A DNA stretch of 64,000 bases, taken from the NCBI GenBank assembly GCA_035084275.1, contig CM068771.1:2170001-2234000 (forward strand), given 5' to 3'. The position numbers and the translations under genes were made by a program. This DNA comes from Hydrolagus colliei (lineage: Eukaryota). Positions 51,521-63,190 of the stretch are shown here, piece by piece (the first letter of the stretch is position 1; each line of letters begins with the position of its first letter). The notes beneath the pieces are model-generated. The model did no database searches. It was not told the origin of the DNA and was given only the letters and a program-made list of their open reading frames with translations.

Positions 51521-51828
51521 CTGTTACCAGAAACAGATTAAAGATGAAGTCAGGGTGAGACAAACAATATCAACATGTTACCCAGACAATATCTACATGT
51601 CAGACAGACAGACAGACAGACAGACTATATCCATGTGTTACACTCAGACAGTTGGAGAGAAATTGGCTGAATGTCACAGTTTCAAAGAGCCAGACAGCAA
51701 ACTCCTGTACAGTACAGTACAGAGCTTTGAAAGTGAGGTGAGCATAGAATATGTCACACGTGTTGCACACACGTCTACTCGCAGAGTGTAACCTGACGCT
51801 GTGTTCAGACTCACTGTGATGTACTTAC

Positions 51829-51861
51829 TGGATGGACGGCTGTACAGGTGAGGGCCGGGAC
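51829..51861 (-). CDS. MHC class I cytoplasmic exon 1 (PGPHLYSRPS)
   Basis: 33 bp, phase 1-1; tttatttacag acceptor, A|GTAAGT donor. Confidence 0.75.
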
Positions 51862-52225
51862 CTGTAAATAAACAGGTGTGAATTACAACAGACCAGTGTC
51901 ACACAGACACACACAGACAACAGCCAGTTACACACAGAGAGTTACAACACTCAGTCACACATATCACAACCCTTCTCTCACACACACATACACAGTAACA
52001 CCCAGTCATAAACACACACAGAGAAAACGATTTGTTCTCACACTCGCGGATAACATCCATCACAGATACACAGAGACAAACAACACTCAGTAACACAGGG
52101 CCAGTGATGTGATAGTTATCACTGATGATACAAAGATGGCTGAGGTTGAGTTACTGACTTAACGACTCTGACATGATTCCCAGGGGGATCACAGCCCCAC
52201 CTCCCCTTCTCCCCCATTTCCTCAC

Positions 52226-52357
52226 CATTTTTCTCTCTATTTCTTATCCAGACGAGAATCACAACAACAATCCCGACAACAGACAACAGGAGGGTTCCGA
52301 TGATCAGGCCAATGATCCAGGAAGCAAGAACGGCCGGAGTTCTCTCTGTTTTCCCAT
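52226..52357 (-). CDS. MHC class I connecting peptide and transmembrane exon
   Basis: 132 bp, phase 1-1; WIIGLIIGTLLLSVVGIVVVILVW followed by IRNREK. Confidence 0.9.
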
Positions 52358-52928
52358 CTGTTTGGAGTGAACAGAAAATAAACTTTAGCTAAGATCCTGA
52401 GAGCGAGAACATAGACTCTCATTAATATCCTGTTTAGAGAAGACAGTGTAATCAACATCTTCTCTGCTGTGGCTCTGACCTCTTCATGCTTCCCGGCCTA
52501 GCCTTTACCTTACAATTGCTGATATGTACATCAGGTTCAACCCTCAGATATTCTTCCACCCCCACATCCGGTCCCTTACCAGCACCGCTTCCCTCCACCT
52601 CCTTCATATACTTACCCTCCAACTGTACCTCTCACTAAACACAACCACAACCCTTGTCTATGTTTTCATCAACTCCAACATTGACTGTGTCAATTCACTC
52701 CTCACCATCTGCCCAGATCCACTATCCAAGAAATCCAACTCATTCTGAACTCTAATTCGTGCATAATTACCCTCTCTAAACTCTGTACACACATCAACTC
52801 GCTGAGGCCATATGATTCCCTAACATCCTCCAACATGAAAGACGCTATAGAAATGTAATTTTGTTGTTGCTGTTATCAGAGAACAGCTCGACTTCAAGAT
52901 TCTCACTCACAGTTGTGGTTGATCTTAC

Positions 52929-53207
52929 CCCACGGCACCTCCATCGCCCCCTGGAGGCTGCTGTGCTCCACCAGACAGGAGAAGCCTTGCCCCTCCATGG
53001 AACCCGTCTCCAGCTCCATCTGCTTCATTATCTGAAAGGTGCCATCGTGGTTGGGTAATACACCACTGGACACCACCTCGTGGACAGTGTTGCCGTCCCT
53101 TGTCCAGGTCACCTCGATGGGCCGCGGATAGAAGCCAGTGACAAGACAGGAGAGAAGGGCTCTCCCCGCCAGGTCCCTCCTGTAACTGACTGAGACGTCA
53201 GGGCGGC
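52929..53207 (-). CDS. MHC class I alpha-3 (Ig C1) exon
   Basis: 279 bp, phase 1-1; LSCLVTGFYPRPIEVTW...LPNHDGTFQ...FSCLVEHSSL. Confidence 0.95.
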
Positions 53208-53319
53208 CTGGGGAGGGGAGCACAGTCACACACAGCTCAGCACTGAGCCCACTCTGACACAGCAACAATTAATCATATAACAAAATATTACTGTATTATA
53301 TATAAAAACAGTCACTCAC

Positions 53320-53595
53320 TCTGTCTCTGGAACATGAATTTTGAATGCTGATAATGGTTCTCCATCCAAGTAAGACAATCATTCTCCAGTTCATGTTTCC
53401 AATGCTCATTCATGACTCTGTCACTGTCCAGTTTCTCTCTCAGGATCTGAGCCTCAGGAACAGCGGAAATCCATCTCAGCTCATTTTTATCGAAGCTGAT
53501 AAAATCCTTACCATCAAATGCCACTGAGATGTGTCCATGTGTTCTGCCGTCCTCACTCACTGCACAGCTATACATCACCTGGGCATAGTGAGCAC
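53320..53595 (-). CDS. MHC class I alpha-2 exon
   Basis: 276 bp, phase 1-1; QVMYSC...AFDGKDFISFDK...LENDCLTW. Confidence 0.95.
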
Positions 53596-53819
53596 CTGAA
53601 ATAGTCATTCACAGCCATTGTGATCAGTGTCTCTTTCTCTCACCACATTTCTGTTACACACACAAACTCCCCCTCTCACACTCGCGTACAGTAACAACCT
53701 TAACCACATAGTGTCGCTCATCCAGGGTAGTTCACCAGAGCACTCCACACTGGTGAGCATGATGCTGGGAGATGACTGTACATATGGTCCAACAGAAAGA
53801 TCTTCAGGCATGAACTGCA

Positions 53820-54070
53820 CATAAGACCATAGGAATTAGCAGGAGTAGGCCATTCAGCCCCTCGAGCCTGCCGCGCCATTCGATAAGATCGTGGCTGATC
53901 TTCCGACCTAACTCTAATTACCTGCCCTATCCCCATATCCCCTAATCCCTCTATTGTTAAAAAAAATCTATCATTCTCAGCCTTGAAAATGTTGAAGGAT
54001 TGAGCATCTGCAGCTTTCTGGGATTAGTGAATTCCATAAATTGACTACTCTCTGAGTGAAGAAATGTTTC
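53820..54070 (-). mobile_element. CR1-type 3' end
   Basis: cataagaccataggaattagcaggagtaggccattcagcccctcgag reverse tail pattern. Confidence 0.7.
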
Positions 54071-54299
54071 CTCATCTCTGTGGAGAAGGAGGGGGAAGTC
54101 AAAGGGAAAGAGAAAGTTCGGGGTGCAGTGTCTAAAAATATGGTCTCCGATGGTGAAGTGAAAGGCATGAGGGACATGTAGGTGGCCGGGGCCAGTCAAG
54201 TGGAGTCAGAGCTTAATGGGTTGTGGGGTAAGCAGGTCGGAGATGTAGGAAAGTGCCAGTGTATTAAGGGATTTCAAGGTGAGTGGATCTTGCAATCAA

Positions 54300-55560
54300 T
54301 CCATTTGGATATATTTGGAGTCATTGCAACCTGGCTAGAACTGGTGTGAGAGATGTGCACAGTTTAGTATGGGTGAGAATGCGAACAGTGGAGATGGGAT
54401 CAGCTGGATCCTGTGTATGTTGGAGCTCAGAAGACTGAATAATGGCATTTGAAATACTCGAGTCAGGAGGGAAGCAGAACTCCTCAACGGTCAGATGTGG
54501 AGATGTAAGGATAGTGCAGATGAAACCTTGAGTTGAGGTTTGCAAGTAAGTGTTCGTTCAGCATTGTGTTGTCTACATCAGGATCACAAATGTGGAGGTG
54601 GTCTGAGGAAGAGGGCATTTGTGAGGGTCTCAGTGGAAAGCTTTTTTGAAAGTCAGACAAAGATGGTGGAGGGTTGGAAGAGGGGAGGGTTATATAGAAA
54701 GAGAGGGAAATGAGGAAATGATCTGAGATGCAGATTGGACACATCAAGTGTGTGAAAGAGGTCGAGGAAGTGGCCACAGTAGTTTAAGTGGACGTGAGGT
54801 TTAGTTTGGTGAGGAGAGCATTTAAGTTGGAGAAGATGGAGCAAGAAGAGTTTAGGTGAGGGTTGGAATCACCCATTAGAATCAAGTGTTCATTGCAAAG
54901 ATGGAGGAATTGTAGCGGAAGGCGATGTCAGTGATGAGGGGACCAAGTGGTTTGAGAGGGCAAGAAATGGAGAGGACTTTGAAGTCGAGGGAGGGATGCT
55001 GCAAGATTAGGTGTTAAAAAGAGGAAAAGCAGCCAGAGGAATAGAGCGAGGTATGTATGGGAGACCAGGGCAACCTCACCCTTGCGTTTGAGTTGCGGAT
55101 ATGGTGAAAGGTGTAGCCAGAGTTGGGGGGAGGGCAGAGGCGTCAATCAGGGGACAGAGTGACTGGGGCAATGGGGCAAGACTTTTATTATCCCAAGAAT
55201 ATCAATTTTCTCACCCAGGATGCGGTCATGGATCGAGAGGGTTTGATATTTGGGTGGTATTGGGAGCAGACATTTTGGAGGTGAATGTGAGTGAATGAGC
55301 TGGTGGAGGAAGGTTTGAAAGGAGGGTAGGTTGGGTTTCAGGCTGTGGGAGAGAAATTACTGTGGAAGTGGGTGTCTTTTGGAGTATTGCGGTATAGGGG
55401 ATATGGTGTTGGGCAGAGTGGGTGATGGGGCAGTCGGGGTGGCTGCTTTGAGACAACTAACAAACAGTTGGAGCCAAAATGAGCTCGGGTGAGAATCCTT
55501 AGGCTCTAGAGGGTTAATGGTGGTGTCCAGTACAGAGAGAAAGGAAGGAGGGCAGTGGGA
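54300..55560 (-). mobile_element. Degenerate L2 endonuclease region in the class I alpha1-alpha2 intron
   Basis: GEVALV and ISDHFLISLS remnants. Confidence 0.6.
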
Positions 55561-55726
55561 AGAAGGACGATTAGGAATAGTGGAGTGTGGAGATGAATTC
55601 AGGGCATGATTCACAAGAGCAAACAGAAACTCACTGACTCCCTCCCTCGCACATTCAAAAACACATGAACACAGACACACACAATGAAAAGTGCTGGATG
55701 TTTACAGAATATATCAAACCACTCAC

Positions 55727-55978
55727 CTCTAGTAATATTCCTTCTCGTCATCACGTAAAACATATTCTCCTTTATGAGAATACGATCTTCCTCTATACCT
55801 ATGGATTCGTATTGTTCTCTAACAATCCGCTGTAAACTCGATGTCCAGGTGACAAACCTCCGATTGTTGCTGTCGTAGTGATCCACTTCAACATCATCCA
55901 CCATCACCGCACGGCGAAATTCTAGAGACTCTCCGCCTCCTGACACTAACGTGTGGAATATTCTGAACACGTGAGGCT
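55727..55978 (-). CDS. MHC class I alpha-1 exon
   Basis: 252 bp, phase 1-1; PHVFRIFHT...MVDDVEVDHYDSN...MTRRNIT with the N86-type sequon. Confidence 0.9.
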
Positions 55979-56096
55979 CTATCAGACACAAACACACAGA
56001 CTGACATGTAACAGTTCACTCTGAACACACGCTGAGCACACACACACACACACAGCTCACACTGTACACACTGTACACACAGCTCATTGTGCAGTA

Positions 56097-57127
56097 CAGG
56101 CCCGTACGCAGGGGGGGTGCGTCGGGTGCGTAGGCACCCCCCCAAATTATAAAAGATCCACATTTTCCGGGGTAGAGAATTGTATTTTTATCAAATTTAA
56201 ATACCAAGTAACTTTATTGAACATTTGTGTAACAATTAATTCTTCTAAACTATGTATTACTTATAAATACACATCTTTGAATGATTTAGTATTAATATAA
56301 AATTACTCGCACACCAGAATTGGCGTCTACCCAAAACATACCGCGTCGATAGACGATCTAGTCAATGTTTACGCGGTGAGTCTGTGACTCACCGCGCAAA
56401 CATAGGCGCGCGCCAAGACTCAAATCCATCCTCGTTTGGAAATCATCCCGTATACAGCCACAAAGGTAGCACCACTTCTAGAAGTTAAAATCATCTTTTC
56501 ATCTGATCACCGTAAGTAAAAATTACTCAAGTTTTGAGAGGTGTGACTGTAATGCTAGCAAACAATGACAACATATTTACAAGCTTCTGAGAAATTAAAG
56601 CTTTTGAGAACCCAACAAAAAAGTTATATGTGTCTGGACGGAAATGCCTATCTTTAAAAAAGATACTCATGGACGTAGACCTATGCTTTAGGGCCTATGT
56701 CTACGTGGTGTGTCAATTGGAAATCATCCCGTATACAGTCACTACATAAAAAGGTAGCACCACTTTGTGGAAGCTGAAATCATATTTTAATCTGATAAAT
56801 GTAAGTAAAAATGACTTAAGTTTTGATAGGCGTGTTTCTGAAATATCATGTTTCTTGTTTTGTCTTGATTATCACATTTGATTTATATTATTCAAAATGT
56901 ATTCCTGTAATTAAAAATTGCTTTTAGAGACATCCACTGGCATGCAAAAAAAATGACCGCAAAAATGTGTAAAATATGACCTCAAACTGTGTAAAACGTC
57001 GGAGCCTCGAGGGGGCTTTGCCCCCTTCACCCCCGCCAGGGGCCCTCGTGGGCAGCCCCCAAGCCGCTGTTGGTCCCATCACTAGCAATTCGCACCCCCC
57101 CCATTAAAAATCCTGCGTACGGGCCTG
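56097..57127. mobile_element. Non-autonomous DNA transposon (hAT/Tip100-like ends), 1031 bp
   Basis: Perfect 16-bp TIR caggcccgtacgcagg; flanking CAGTA repeat; internal ~105-bp direct repeat (~56435 and ~56718). Confidence 0.85.
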
Positions 57128-57336
57128 CAGTATACACACAGGGAGAGAGGGGGGAGAGCAAACTCACACAACTGTGATAGACCAAGAAAAGGAGCCCTGG
57201 TGCAATCTCTGTCCACATCAACCCCACGCCTTCCCTCAGGCCCTCCTCACCTCCCCCAGTTACTCAACCCTAATGACGGAGCCACTCCCCCACCTTCCCC
57301 AGCCCCTCACCCCATCAACCAGCCCCTGTTCTGCAA

Positions 57337-57975
57337 TTATCTCACCCCCCACGCTGCCGAAACGCTCGTACATCACCTCACGGCTGGACTATGGGAACTC
57401 TCTCCTTGTCGGCCTCCCCAGCTCCTCCATTCACATGCTGCAGGTCATCCAAAACTCTGCAGCCCGTGCACTATCCCGCACCCGCCTCCGTGACCACATA
57501 AGCCCCACCCTCGCCCGTCTCCACTGGCTCCCCATCCCCCAGAGGATCGAGTTCAAGATCCTTGTCCTCGTTTTCAAGGCCTTACACGGCCTTGCCCCGC
57601 CATATTTAACCCATTTACTCTCCCCCTATAAGCCCACCCGGACCCTCCGTTCAGCAGGACTTGGCCTGCTCCAAGCCCCCCGCCCGAACCGCCCCACCAT
57701 CGGAGGCCGGGCCTTCAGTTTTTCCACTCCCACCCTATGGAATTCCACCCCCACAATCCCTCCACCTTGTTTCCTCTTTCAAGACCGGTTTGAAGACTTT
57801 TCTTTTCGACCGTGCCTTCTGTTCCACCCCGAACTTTTCGACCTCCCCTATGTGTTTCACCCCTTCCCGAACACTCCCCTCCCATCTCGGGTCACACGCC
57901 TCCTGTGCAGCGCCTTGGGACGTCCTCCCCACGTGAAAGGCGCTCTATAAGTCTAATTTGTTGATGTTGTTGTTG
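57337..57975 (+). mobile_element. L2 3' end
   Basis: ITSRLDYGNSLL...HWLPIPQRIEFKIL to the tail. Confidence 0.9.
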
Positions 57976-57979
57976 CTCT

Positions 57980-59520
57980 CATCCTCACACCCTCACCTAG
58001 CTCCTCACTCCCTCCACCAGCCACTCTTCCCTTCCCAGCTACTCCCCACCCTCCCCAGCCATTCGCACCTTCTCTCACCCCACAACCCCTTGTCCAACCC
58101 CAACAGCCCGTCCCCACCTCTCACCCCTCCACTGGCACCTCCCCGGCCACTCTTTCCCCTCACTCAGCCACTTACACCATCCCTCAGCAGACCCACAAAC
58201 CTACCAACACACCCTCAGCCACTCAACAACCCCTCATCTCATCAAAAACCCACTTCAGACTCTTACGAAACACTTCAACACACTATCAGCCCCTCGTCAA
58301 CACATCATCAAGTCCCTGAACACAACTCAACACAATGACACACCTTCAAAATAGCCTCAGCACCTCAACAACTCTCTCAACCCACACTCAGTCCCTCAGC
58401 ACACCATCATCCCCATCAAGACCAGCCTTAACCACCCAACACACCCTCAATCCCTCAACACACCACTCAACATCACCTCATCCCACAAACATAGCCTCAG
58501 CCTCTGAACACACCCTCAATAACCCCAGTCCATCATTACACCCTCAGCCAGTCAACACAACCTCAGCACCACAACACAATCTCAAACTGGGGAGCCCTGT
58601 AGCTCAGTGGGTAGAGCACTCATTTTGCAAGCAAGAGACCTCGGTTCAATTCCAGTCAGAACAAAATCTTCAGCAAGTCTCCTTACTCCATATGCCTGTA
58701 AATAATCGCTCCAATTTTTTTTTAATTGGTCATTTCATTCCACAGCTGTTTCTGGGAAACTCTGTGGGCAACTGCCTGCTGAGTTTCACCTCCAAATATA
58801 CGGTAAATTTACTTTATACCATCTTCTGTGAAGCGTTCTGAGACGTCTAGAATATGTAAAAAGTGCTATAGCAAATCAAAAGGATTATTACTAAATCCAC
58901 TCAACATGCCCTCAGCCACTCAACATACGCTCATATCCTCAACATAGCCTCAAACTCCCTTCCCCTCAACACCCCTTCAGCATAACCTCATCCCTTCAAA
59001 ACAGCCTCAGCATCTCAATACCCCCGTCAACATACCCTCAGCAAACCCTCATCCGATCAAGTCCCCCATCAACCCCACAACAAATTGCTCAACACACACT
59101 CAGCTGCTCAACACAACCTCAACACAACCTCCACCCCTCAACATATCCCTCAAAACACCTCTCATCCAATCAACACAACCTCAGACACTCAACACACACC
59201 TCAACACACATCCAACATCTGCTTTTCTCCCCCTTAAATCCAACCCTTCGCCCAACCACTATCCATCTCAACCCCTTCCCCCTCCGCCATGAACAAACCT
59301 CTTCATCCCCCCACGAATACTCCCCCTCATCCCCCCATTCCCCCGGCACCCCCCCCCCACTCCCTCAGCCAACCCACTCCCCAAGCCACGCTCCAGCTCA
59401 ACCCCCAACCACCCTCTCTCACCCACTATTCTCCTCCACCAAACCATCACCGTCAACCATTATACCCCTCACCCCCTCCCCACTCAGCCCCTCCACTCCC
59501 CCAAATAAGAGAATAATATC
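57980..59520. repeat. C/A-rich degenerate repeats (ctcaacacaccctcag-like) with an embedded SINE at ~58590-58875
   Basis: Visual periodicity. Confidence 0.75.
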
Positions 59521-59553
59521 AAACAGTAACAGTCAGAGTCTGTGGCCACTTAC

Positions 59554-59620
59554 TGTCCAGCCCCCCACACACAGACAGGAGGACAGGGAGAGCCATCAGA
59601 GACCTTATCATCCTGGCCAT
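59554..59620 (-). CDS. MHC class I leader exon (MARMIRSLMALPVLLSVCGGLD)
   Basis: ccagccATGG start, hydrophobic core, A|GTAAGT phase-1 donor in frame with alpha-1; not in the ORF track. Confidence 0.85.
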
Positions 59621-59724
59621 GGCTGGTCACTGACACTGACAGTCTGTCTGTCCAGCCAGACCCTCTGCTCCCCACCACAGCCTCTCAGCTCTAACCCCAA
59701 CACTGTCTCTGATCAGACTCTCAC

Positions 59725-59743
59725 TGACTCACTCACAGCCAAT
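59725..59743 (-). promoter_or_regulatory. Class I proximal promoter: Y-box-like ATTGG and TGAGTCA
   Basis: CCAAT at 59739-59743 and TGACTCA at 59725-59731 on the plus strand, ~110-120 bp upstream of the ATG. Confidence 0.45.
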
Positions 59744-60172
59744 GGGAGGATCTCAGGAGCTGATCATAACCTGTCTCTGGGTAAAAGGCTCTGAGACAGG
59801 TTGTGATCTGTGGTTTCTCACTGTGTGAGTGAGAGAGTCTGTCTGTCTGTATGAGTGTGTACATGTTTCTCTGTCTGGATATGTGAGAGCGTATCTGAGT
59901 GTCTCTGTGTGTGCATTAGTGTGTGTCTGTGTGTGTGTGTGAGAGAGAGAGCCTATGTGTGTGTTCGTAGCTGTGTCTGTGTCTATCTGTGTCTGTCTGT
60001 GTATCTGTTTGTGTATCTGTGTCTGTCTGTCAAAGTTGAAGTTGTCCCAGAAGAAGTCACTGCATGCAAATGCCATTCTTGTATCTGTAGGAACTAAATT
60101 ACAAGCTTAACTCTCCCGTTTCTTTAACCGTTTTCAGTTGTTAATATGACATGAACATTAACGGCAGAAACC

Positions 60173-60182
60173 GTTTCACTTT
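60173..60182 (-). promoter_or_regulatory. IRF-element-like motif AAAGTGAAAC
   Basis: Sequence match only; lies between the divergent class I and TRIM starts. Confidence 0.35.
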
Positions 60183-61774
60183 AAGTGGAAACCAAAGGGT
60201 TAACTCTCACTGAGCAGCCTGTGGTGATCAGCATGAACTGTGTGCTTTAGTTACACAAACCATGTTGCTCCAACTCAGTGAATTTAAACCGCCCACAGTC
60301 AGTGGCCGTGGTTTTAAAAGTTGATGTATAAGTTTCTTTATTTTGCTGTGTTTTTGTTTCACGTAATCCATCCTCCTGTCTCGCTCAACTTCTGTTCATT
60401 TGTTTATTTGAGGGAACAGCATTTTGACCGTTTCTGACTCCTCACAAGTATGAAGCAGATTTAACTGTTTGAGAGCCTTCAGATTAGCCAATAAATCATC
60501 TCCCAGTCCTGTCTGGAGGCATATCGGTGGAACACTGGCATCTATACGTTGCTCACTCAGTTGTCTCATCGCTTTTAACTTTTTCATATTCTTTCAAATT
60601 CAGAAATAATCATTTTGCCCAAACTTTCCTCCAAAATTTGACACTTTAATCCCCGTCTTAGTTTTATCTTTACAATCCTTCAGTGTTGGTGGTTTTGTTA
60701 TTGGATTTGAGTTTTTACCTTCACCCCTTCTTTGACCTGTAGAATTAGTTTGTCCAATTTTGTCTTTTCAACCTCACAATGAACTGTTCTTCCGCACTCT
60801 TCCAGTTATTTTCTTGTACTGAGGCAGTTACTTGATGCCCCTTTTAATGTTGTGGCTGCCTCTCGCTGTCTGACTTCCCATTGTGTGGGTGATGTGACGT
60901 GTGAAACATCGCCAAGAGGGAACATGTACATGAGGAAGAGGAGGAGGCCAAGGAGGGAGCCCTGGGCTACACCACACATGACCAGTGGGGGAAGGAGGAG
61001 AATCTGTTGGAAGAGACCATCCCAGGTAGCAAGCCCATTTGGGCCCCATATGGGACAAATTGGGTTGATCCATACCCATATGGGCCCCACATGGGCTTGC
61101 TACCTGGGATGTTGAGTGAAAGTTTTCCCTCCCGCACTCCAACCCCCCCACTCCACCCTCCTCCTCACTCCACCCCTCCTCCTCTAAGCTCACACTGCAG
61201 GCTGATGATCCATTGCAGGGCTCACAGTCTCAAAATTGTCTGAGTGACATCACTGCGTGACAGTCACACTCACTCACACACTAGTCTGAGTGTGATCACA
61301 GGGCAAAACCTTGGGCAAGTTTCCTTACTCCACAGGCCTGATAATAATCCGTCAAGAAATAAAACAATAACAAATTGGTCATTTCAAACCACGACAGTTT
61401 CTGGGGAAGCTGCTGTGCACAATTGGCTGCCGTGTTTTGCCCACATACATAGAGTCAACTCTTGAGTCTTTACAGTATATTCTGTGAAGTGATTTGTGAT
61501 GTCTAGAATACATGAAAAGCGCTACATCAAACGCAAGTATTATTATATTATTGCTGCTGGTAAACAGGGATGTCTGCAGTAAGCCAATATTCCCTAATGT
61601 TTTCCCCACCGGGAATCCAGCCTGTGTCCTCTCGCTCACTGACCTCTATGCTACAGGACACCATTATTAGCCGCTCGAGGTTTTATTCTGGTTTTTCGGT
61701 TAGAATTTGTTTCCGTCACAATAATAATTACATGTGGAAACCGAGGAATTGTTATGAGAGGCAGGCAAGTCTAA

Positions 61775-61830
61775 GCCACGCCCACACCGACACTGAGTCA
61801 CCAAACAAGGAAGTTAGACAAGGAAGTCTT
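61775..61830 (+). promoter_or_regulatory. TRIM proximal motifs (GCCACGCCC, TGAGTCA, two AGGAAGT)
   Basis: KLF/SP, AP-1 and ETS-type matches immediately 5' of the ATG. Confidence 0.35.
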
Positions 61831-61840
61831 GGAGATGAAA

Positions 61841-62251
61841 ATGGCTTCTAGAGATCAGGTTGAGAGTCTGACTGAGGAGTTAAACTGTCCAATTTGTCTG
61901 GATTTCTTTAATGATCCTGTGACCCTGGAATGTGACCACAACTTCTGCCGCTCCTGTATCACACGGAGCTGGGAAAAGCAGGAGACACACTCCTGTCCGG
62001 AATGTCGAAGGGTGATTCCAGGAACTAACCTGAGACGCAATCGTACGCTGCGTAATCTGACAGAAAAAGCTCGGAATCTGAGCCTGAATCTGACACAAGC
62101 TGACAAGAAGCTTCACTGTGAGGAGCATCAGGAGGAACTGAAGCTGTTCTGTGAAACAGACAAGAAACTGATGTGTGTGATTTGCAGAGATGCCCGAGAG
62201 CACAGAAACCACAGCTTCATCCCCATTAAGGAGGCCATTCAGGTCTATAAG
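61841..62251 (+). CDS. TRIM E3 ligase first coding exon (C3HC4 RING + B-box 2; TRIM39/RFP-like); alternative ATG at 61835
   Basis: CPIC...LECDHNFCRSC...CPEC; CEEH...LFCETD..LMCVIC...EHRNH; AAG|GTAAAA phase-0 donor. Confidence 0.92.
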
Positions 62252-62499
62252 GTAAAACACACCAGATTGTCAATTGTGCTTTTTTTTTCTTTTAAATGTG
62301 ATATCCCTCCACAGCCCTGGAGTCACCTCGAGTCACCTGAACTCCCTCACCCCCTCTGGCCTACCTCCCGCACTATCCTATCCTCCTCCCTCACTCTCCT
62401 CCATACAACCCTCTCCACTACTCTCGATTCACTTGCCCCTCTCACCTCCTGAACCGCCTCCTATTCGCAAATCTCACCTCAGTTCTCCAGTCAACTCCG

Positions 62500-63190
62500 C
62501 TGCTTCAAGTGTCAGGTCCGGGCCACCGAAGGCACCTGGATCAAATCTGGCCTAACTGTCAACCAGTAACCGGTGAATATATCTCCAAACCCATACGCAA
62601 CCTGGGCTTCAGGTACGACCCCCAATTACCTCTTAGCTGGACTACTCCTCCGTCCTCTTCGCCGGTCTCTCCTTCGCCACCATTCACAAAATCCAGCTCA
62701 TACAGAATTCCACCGCCCGACTTTTAACATGTGCCAAACTCCGCTCCCCGATTACCCCAGTCCTTGTCAGACTGCGCTGGCTCCCTGTCCAAGAGAGGAT
62801 CGATTTCAAGATCCTCACTCTTGTATTTAAACTCACCAATCCTCTGCATCTCACCACCTCTCTGACCTCCTCTCTCCTCCCAACAGTACCCGCTGCCATC
62901 GCTTCACCGGGTCTGGCCTCATCCCTGTCACCTGAATCCTCCGGTCCACTATTGGTTGTCATGCCTTCAGCCACTACGCCCAAGGCTCTGGAACTCCCTT
63001 CCTCACTCCCTTCGCCTCACCACCTCTTTTCCCACTTTCAGGTCTCGGCTACAGACCTTCCTTTTGATTGCGTTTTGGTCACGTTCTTCCCCCTCCCCGT
63101 TGCTCAGCCCCTGATCTGTTATTGGAAAGTGGTCTGAGACGCTGTCCGGCGTGGAGAGCATTATATAAATCCAAGTTGTGGTTGTTGTTG
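62500..63190 (+). mobile_element. Degenerate L2 3' fragment
   Basis: gaggatcgatttcaagatcctc core and tail ctgagacgctgtccggcgtggag. Confidence 0.75.
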
